From assembly GCA_964016885.1 (NCBI GenBank), contig OZ024740.1:166656001-166720000 (forward strand): a DNA stretch of 64,000 nt. The letters run 5' to 3'. Made by a program: the position numbers and the translations under genes. The DNA comes from Eledone cirrhosa. Lineage: Eukaryota. This document shows, piece by piece, positions 57,114-64,000 of this stretch. Position 1 is the stretch's first letter, and each line of letters opens with the position of its first letter. The notes under the pieces are model-generated. The model had not been told where the DNA came from. It was given only the letters and a program-made list of their open reading frames with translations, and ran no database searches.

Positions 57114-58074
57114 CACACTGTGTATAATCGAAACTGCAAGAATGTGTATAAATATATACTCATATCTAATATGTGGGCATATAAACATATAAGAAAATAC
57201 GAATTTCTCGGGAATTGAAACCATGATTAACAACCTTAATCGACATTCAGAGCTAATTTGACCCTCATGAAAAGGCATGTATATTAACAAATCAATCACG
57301 GTATCATGTATTTGATGGGTATATATCCATTTACTCTTTCCATTAGTCTGAAATCGTCGTACTAATTTGCATACCTTTAGCGCTTATGCTGGTTATTAAG
57401 CATGATATATAGTGTACTAACAGGCAATGTGCATAATACATTCAGATATGTGTAAATATTTATACACGTTCGTGCAGTCTCGGTTACACACTCTGTATTT
57501 ATACAACTATAACTTCATCATGCACTTTGGTTGCTACCGCATTGTCAGTGGCTTGCCCTGCTAAGAATGAAACCGCAGCTTAGTTATGCTACACGCTGTC
57601 ATCTTTAAACACTGAGTAACATACTCATACAACCATCATCACTAATATGTTTTCCATTAGTAAAACTATTACATCTAACACAATCATCAAACCTCATTCA
57701 CCATTACAAACACTTCAATACCTTCCAATATTACTAGTATTAGCATTATGACAAATCTAACAACAGCTGATATCACAGCTATCACAGCCTCTCCGATCTT
57801 TGCAAGTACTATTTCAAACATCACAGCCATTTCTCCGATGATGACGACGCCGACAAACAACACCTCCATGAAATCTGCTACAAGCACCACCGCCAAAACT
57901 CTAATAATACAAGAACACCAACAACAATCCTCACTAGTAGCACTCTAACCCTAACCGAAACCTACGATTCTAAGCACTGCTCCCACTATAACCACCACTA
58001 ATATTCTTACTGTTACCACCGTCATACCACATCGACTATCATCGTAGTCAGAATCCACTGACACCACCAGCTTT

Positions 58075-58145
58075 TGTAGTAGTAGTAGTAGTAGTAGTAG
58101 TAAGAGCAGCAGTAATAGTAGTAGTAGTAGTAAGAGCAGCAGTAA

Positions 58146-58196
<51 letters not shown>

Positions 58197-58210
58197 CAGT
58201 AATAGTAGTG

Positions 58211-58259
<49 letters not shown>

Positions 58260-58357
58260 CAGCATCAGCAGCATCAGTAGTAGTAGTAGCAGCAGCAGCA
58301 GTAATAGTAGTAGTAGTAATAGTAGTAGTAGCAGCAGCAGCAGCAACAACAGCAGTA
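58075..58357. repeat. (TAG/CAG)n trinucleotide microsatellite
   Basis: Direct inspection. Confidence 0.95.
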
Positions 58358-58675
58358 ATGCTGCTACAGCTACAATCCACATCACAATTACTACACCTAG
58401 CAGCACTACTACCGAAAGCAACAATGATATAAACCAGAAAACAGAAAATGATGTGACGCAAGGTTAAATCAAACAGGGGAAAAGAATAATGAAACTGGAG
58501 AATGGGAGCCATATCGAAACCATCTGGTCCCACTGTATGTGGTACGCCATTACTGCTTCCCTTCTTCTTCCACTTAGAAAATAGCTGGCTATGGTTATGA
58601 GGGTGATCAAATGACATAACTAGCTAGAGACGGAGAGACAGTGGGAGCATTGAAGGAAGAGACGAGAGAGAGAGA

Positions 58676-58709
<34 letters not shown>

Positions 58710-58807
58710 CATATATACATATATATACATATATATACATATATATACATATATATATATATATATACATATATATACATATATATACATATATATACAT
58801 ATATATA

Positions 58808-59020
58808 TAGGAACGAGTAGGACCCCGACGGCTGAGCTCAAGCTGTTTCGACGGCTAATTCTGGACTAATTCTGGACCCTTTAGTCCAGAATTAGCCGTC
58901 GAAACGACTTGAGCTCAGCCGTCGGGGTCCTACTCGTTCCTATTACCCACTCTACTACCCTAAGTATTGAGTACTTTGGTGCGTTTTGGTCCATCTGGTT
59001 CCTTACCACATTTCCTTCGT

Positions 59021-59021
<1 letters not shown>
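58808..59021 (+). mobile_element. Short (TA)n-tailed element with snap-back inverted end
   Basis: Hairpin 58808-58942; reverse-orientation relative of 7986-8184. Confidence 0.65.
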
Positions 59022-59053
<32 letters not shown>

Positions 59054-60031
59054 CGTGTACATGCGTATGTGAATACATACACGCACACACATACATATAT
59101 ATATATGCTTATATGTAAATTATATATATATATATATGTGTGTGATTGCGTGTGAGTTTGTGTGTTTATGTGTTTGTGTGAACGTGTTTATGCTTGTATG
59201 TGCGTGTGTGACTGTATGCTGTTGTTGTAATGGTGACCTTTATGTTTTCCTTTCCATTTCTAGATAGAAAAAAATTAGGTAAACATGAGATGGCTGTATT
59301 TTCGATCGTTTAACAATATCTGTTATTTCTGCAGTCAATTAAAGGATAGAAAATACAAGGAAAACGAAATATACTGAAAAAAATGCATCCCCATCAACCC
59401 ACAAAAAAGCATCTTTTAAGAACCTTTGCATAAACTGTTCATCCGTCTCTCTTTTTTGTCAACCTTTTCTGTATTGTTGTTATACCTTTGTTGAGCTTCA
59501 GGTCTTTTTGTTTCCTTGTTGCTTTTTTTTTTCATCATTTATATTGTTCCGGGAATTGAGTTAAGCTATTCTACAGAAAATAAAGTTGTTAGCTAGTTCC
59601 ACACTGAAATTTAGAAAAAAAAAAGATGCCTCTAACTCTTCAAAGATTATTCTCTGTCTAATATAAACTATGAGGTTATTATCACCTTGTGTTATAACCA
59701 CTCATGTTTTGTCTTGCGGATAAAGGTGTATTACTGATTAATGTGATAGACTAAATTGAAGCAAAGAAGTAGAATACGAAGACTACGATAAACGAGAAGA
59801 GGAAGATGAAGTAGTAGTAGTAGTAGTAGTAGTTGTAGTAGTGGTAGTAGTAGTAGAACAACAACAACAATTGCAACGACTACGATAATCTGCCAGAGAG
59901 ATAGGTCAAATAAATATTTTTCCATAGGTATATTAGTGATTGAATCGCACCCACACCGCCAAATAGATATGGCGCTTCTGTCCATTTCGTTTTCCATCTC
60001 CATGGTCACGTTAACCAGATCTCACGACAAT

Positions 60032-60065
<34 letters not shown>

Positions 60066-60202
60066 AAAAACGGTTTGTTTAAGCAATGAATAATGTTTAT
60101 GTGTGTGTTAATCTGTGTTTGTAGTGTATGTAACTATTTCTCTCTCTCTCTCTATCTCTCTATTTCTCTCTTTCTTTCTTTATATATATAGATAGATAGA
60201 TA

Positions 60203-62046
60203 ACTTTCTTTTTATTTGCCACCAGGGCATCAAAGAGTGGGACAAGTACAATGGGGGGAGTTTACATAAAAAGGCGTCCTCAATAAGGAGGAGGCAATAA
60301 CAAGATATAAAAAATAATATATAAAATATAACAAAAATAAATTTAATAACAAAATCCTCAATAGGGAGGAGGCGCCTTGGGGGTCGCACACACCCCAGAA
60401 AAAAGTGTGCAAACCTTCTCCTCAGGAGCACAGAGAGGGTGTGCTCCCTTGATCTTTCATCTTCCTCACCTATAGTCTGATGTAGAGTGAAGGCCCATTC
60501 ACACTGGCCATTCTCGCCACTTTCACCCATCTTTCATAAAAACGACTGGGGTGCAGCACCTGTCTCTCCATCTTGATCCTTCTCCCGAAATGATATCGGA
60601 AGAAACAGACCAGTTGTTGGCCAGAGAGAAAGGTGCCTGACCTCAGTCCTTTCAGACGCGTCCACCATACAACCTCTTGGTGGTCAACCGGATAGGTCCC
60701 ACCCTTGACAGCAGTTGTTCGACATAGCCCCACAGATCGGCAATGCCCAAGCAGTGTACCAATGCGTGTGCAACGGTTTCCTCGTCGCACACGCATCTGG
60801 GACAGATTTTTTTCGAGGGGTCCCTACCCAGGCGCCCGTGTCTGTAGAGCCTTTCTCGAACGGGCAGAGCCCCTCGGTAGCACTGCCAGGCCAGGGACCT
60901 CTGGAAGTTATCCATGGGTCCCGGGCTGAATGTCCTACCGAACAGGTTGGCCAGTTCGTCTTCCTCCATGCCTAGGGCTTCTCCGAGGGCGTCGTCGCAC
61001 CAGCTAACCACCACCCCTCTATAGAATGACGAAGTGGATTCTCCACTGACAGCCGGGTCCGCCTGCCAGAGAGCCGTGAGCGCCTGAGCACACTCGGTGT
61101 GCCAGGCGCCCAGTTTTCTCGGTCTTTGCTTGACCCAGGATTGTAGCTCGGTGAGCGAGACGAGTCTCGGAAAGGCTCGCCTCACAAACGGGACCCACAC
61201 CGGTTGACCGGTGAGGAATACCTGGAGGTGCCGTAGCCTTAATGCGTGTTTACGTATCATTAGCCACGGCAACCCCAGCCCTCCTTTCGAAGGGTGTTGA
61301 CAGCAGATGGATCTCCTCACCGTAGGTGCACGTTTCTTCCAAAGGAATTGGAAGAGTGCGCGCTCCATTTTGGCGAGCGTTTCCCTTGGGCAAGGCACGA
61401 CCGTCATCCGGTAGTAGATGACGGACGCTATATAAGTGTTCGCCACCTCCGCCCGACCTTTCAGGGACAGTTTGCACTCGGCCCACTTCTGGGTCAGTGC
61501 AAACACCCTGTTCGTTACCACACGCCAGTTCTTCTCCACCTGGAGGTCTGGTCCGAACCAGACCCCGAGTAACTTCACCGGGCCCTCCGTCCAGCGCCCG
61601 ACGACGCCATCGGAGTGCATCGATATGCCCCTGCACATGCCGAGTTGCAGACCGATCGACTTGTCCCGGTTCAGCTTAGACCCTGTAAAACTTTCGTACT
61701 CCTCCAGTAAGGTGCCGATCGCCTCGATTTCTGAGGCCGTCGACACCATTACTGTTACGTCATCGGCGTAGGCCGACACCGCTTTCCGCAATCACCGTTC
61801 CAACGGGATGCCCTGCAACAACTCTAACTTCCGCAGCAGTGGCTCTAGAGTCATTACATACTGAAGGGAGGAGAGAGGGCACCCTTGTCGGATGGATCGC
61901 GCGATTTCGAACGGCTCCGAGAGGTAACCGTTCACCTTGACCCTAGAGCAGATGCGGCTGCTGTGCATGGCAGTGATCCAGCCCCTGAAAACGGGTCCGA
62001 AGCCTGCCGCCGCTAGCACCGCATCCAGGTAACCATGGTCGACCTA
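60203..62046 (-). mobile_element. 5'-truncated Tx1/L1-group LINE, same family as 38906-41035
   Basis: SIRQGCPLS, SAYADDVT and CPRC..ET..H...C in ORFs 61792..62019 and 60652..61791; in-frame stop at 61792-61794 and a deletion near 60675. Confidence 0.95.
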
Positions 62047-62049
62047 TAA

Positions 62050-62100
<51 letters not shown>
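62050..62100. repeat. (GATA)n microsatellite at the 5' junction of the Tx1-like LINE
   Basis: Direct inspection. Confidence 0.95.
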
Positions 62101-63943
62101 CATTCATAATTTTAGTTCACCAATTGATAGAATTGGACGTTCCGCTTAGATAATCATGATGTAATAGTAGGAAAAGCACTCTACGTTATGCAAGTCATCC
62201 ATCGTTAATATTGAATACTGTGGCTGGTGCAGGAACGAAGTTAAATATTGATTTGATTAAAACAACAAGAGAACGGTTTGGAGATATACTTCTATGTTGG
62301 TGACAATGGCTCTGTATAGTTTCGGTCTACGTAATTTCAGAAGCAATGCGATGTTTGCAAATCATGGTTTTTTTTTATAACAGTTGCGTCCGTTAGAAAT
62401 ACGTACAAATAATTATTCACTATTCCAATTACATACCAATCCACTTCTTAAGTAACTAAAGTAGATTAATTGATTATATTAACGACTAATATAGCAGGGC
62501 CGCTGCCAGTTTTGAAATATGTTTTAGAACTATGGGAATGTATAGTTTGAATGGTTGAAAAAATAAATATATGAAAAGGAACCCACGCAAGATAAAACTT
62601 TTTGTAAATAAGTTTGGTAACCGTTTCCGAAATATTGATATTGCAGGATATAAATACAGCATTTTACTTCCTTTCTACGAAAAGCAACAATGGTTCTTCT
62701 TTATTTCTTATTTTTTATCTAAATATCCCTCACTCTTTTGAGAACAGTCAATGCTGAAACGCTTTTAGTTTGGGATGTTCACAATGAGATTTGAGTTGAT
62801 TCTCAACAGCAACAAATTACCATCACAATGTTATAAAAATGAAATGCTAAATTCTTCCTTAAGTATAAGGCCAATAATTATATGGTAACTCTTATCATTG
62901 AACCATTTAGTATAATTATACACTAAGGCCAGACGTATACACACATTCGACGACATATTTCTTCACTTGTCACGATGTCTCAAAGGTACTATAATGAGGA
63001 TTTTGAGGGATTTACAGAACCATCCATAATATTTATTTTCTTTGGCTCAAACAACACTAATTATAGGTGCGTCACTATTATTCGCTCCATTTCTATACCG
63101 CGTGATTGCAAAGATCAGGTGTGGTGAATACTATTCTATCGAACCAACAAGAAGGTGTCTTGTATAACATGCAGGAAACCAAATTATTCTCCTACAACAA
63201 TTCTATCACAAAACCATAGCATGTGTGAATTGAAGTAAACATAGGTTTTCCGCTGATTTGACGAGGAAAGGAAGGGTATCATCGTAATTATTTTGTCGAC
63301 ACCATATAGAGAGAAAATAATACACAGCTCTTGCAGGCATGATTAGTACTTGGAAAGAAATTTCATTTAAGTAAATAACACTAGATATTTTATGCGATGC
63401 AATGCAATACATTTTCAGACACCAGAAAGCGGAAGGTGGAGTGTTGTTTCGAAAATTGCAGAAGGGATTAACATTTTAAAGGTATTAATGCAATAATTTC
63501 TCTCATTCCTTTGCTTTTATATAGCATTAGATAAGGCGCTTTCAATTAGAATTATTATTCCAACTTAAACAATCCACTATATTTTTAATGCAAACTGGAT
63601 CTAGGACTGCAAGCCCCGGTTACGTTTTGCTTTTTTAAGACAGTGGAGTCGGATTTGAGGAAGATTTCGTTGCGATGTTTACTGGTTGACATAAATGAAA
63701 TAGAACAGCAGCCAAAACACTGAGGAAATATATGCATTTATTCTGAGACCAGAGACATTTTAAATTACATGCAAGGCACCCTACTCAAAGTATTAAGGTA
63801 TCATTCAGAAATACCTCATTTTTTTATCTCTCTATTCCTCTCACTTCAAATCTTTATGCCTCTGTCTTTTTATGTATATATATATATATACATATTAATA
63901 CACACATATATATGCATTTACGTATGTATGCATGTATGTTTAT

Positions 63944-63981
<38 letters not shown>

Positions 63982-63982
<1 letters not shown>

Positions 63983-64000
63983 CTAGCCAATTACCCGCAC
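63982..64000 (-). mobile_element. Possible Helitron 3' end running off the window
   Basis: Reverse complement GTGCGGGTAATTGGCTAG|T has the same CGGGTA..GCTAGT layout as 47080-47096. Confidence 0.45.

Noticed and set aside
59264-59278. 15-nt microexon after a polypyrimidine tract (TTCTAG|...TTAG|GTAAAC)
   Set aside because: Too short to distinguish from chance without transcript data
60652-61791. Intact active reverse transcriptase gene
   Set aside because: 5'-truncated, with an in-frame stop immediately upstream and a 3' frameshifting deletion

Overview
AT-rich, microsatellite-saturated eukaryotic DNA, most likely an octopus or other coleoid cephalopod intergenic or large-intron region. This is inferred from the SINE family and the repeat landscape, not proven. 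No complete host gene is visible, and most listed ORFs are translations of (TA)n, (CA)n, (GA)n and (TAG)n tracts. Recognisable content: a Penelope-like element (RT C-terminus plus GIY-YIG ORF) with ~0.9-kb inverted pseudo-LTRs and an empty-site paralogue in the same window; two oppositely oriented Tx1/L1-group LINEs plus older remnants; CRE-, R4/Dong-, RTE- and CR1-group LINE fragments; mariner and Tc1-like remnants; a non-autonomous Helitron; and about a dozen tRNA-derived SINE copies. The most interesting layer is non-coding: five type I hammerhead ribozyme motifs in two families. One family sits in a 557-bp-spaced direct repeat (retrozyme-like, predicted 557-nt monomer). The other occurs as a sense/antisense pair in a ~430-bp fold-back element plus a solo copy with compensatory stem changes. 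Several further snap-back elements occur, and different retroelement families appear to prefer different microsatellites.
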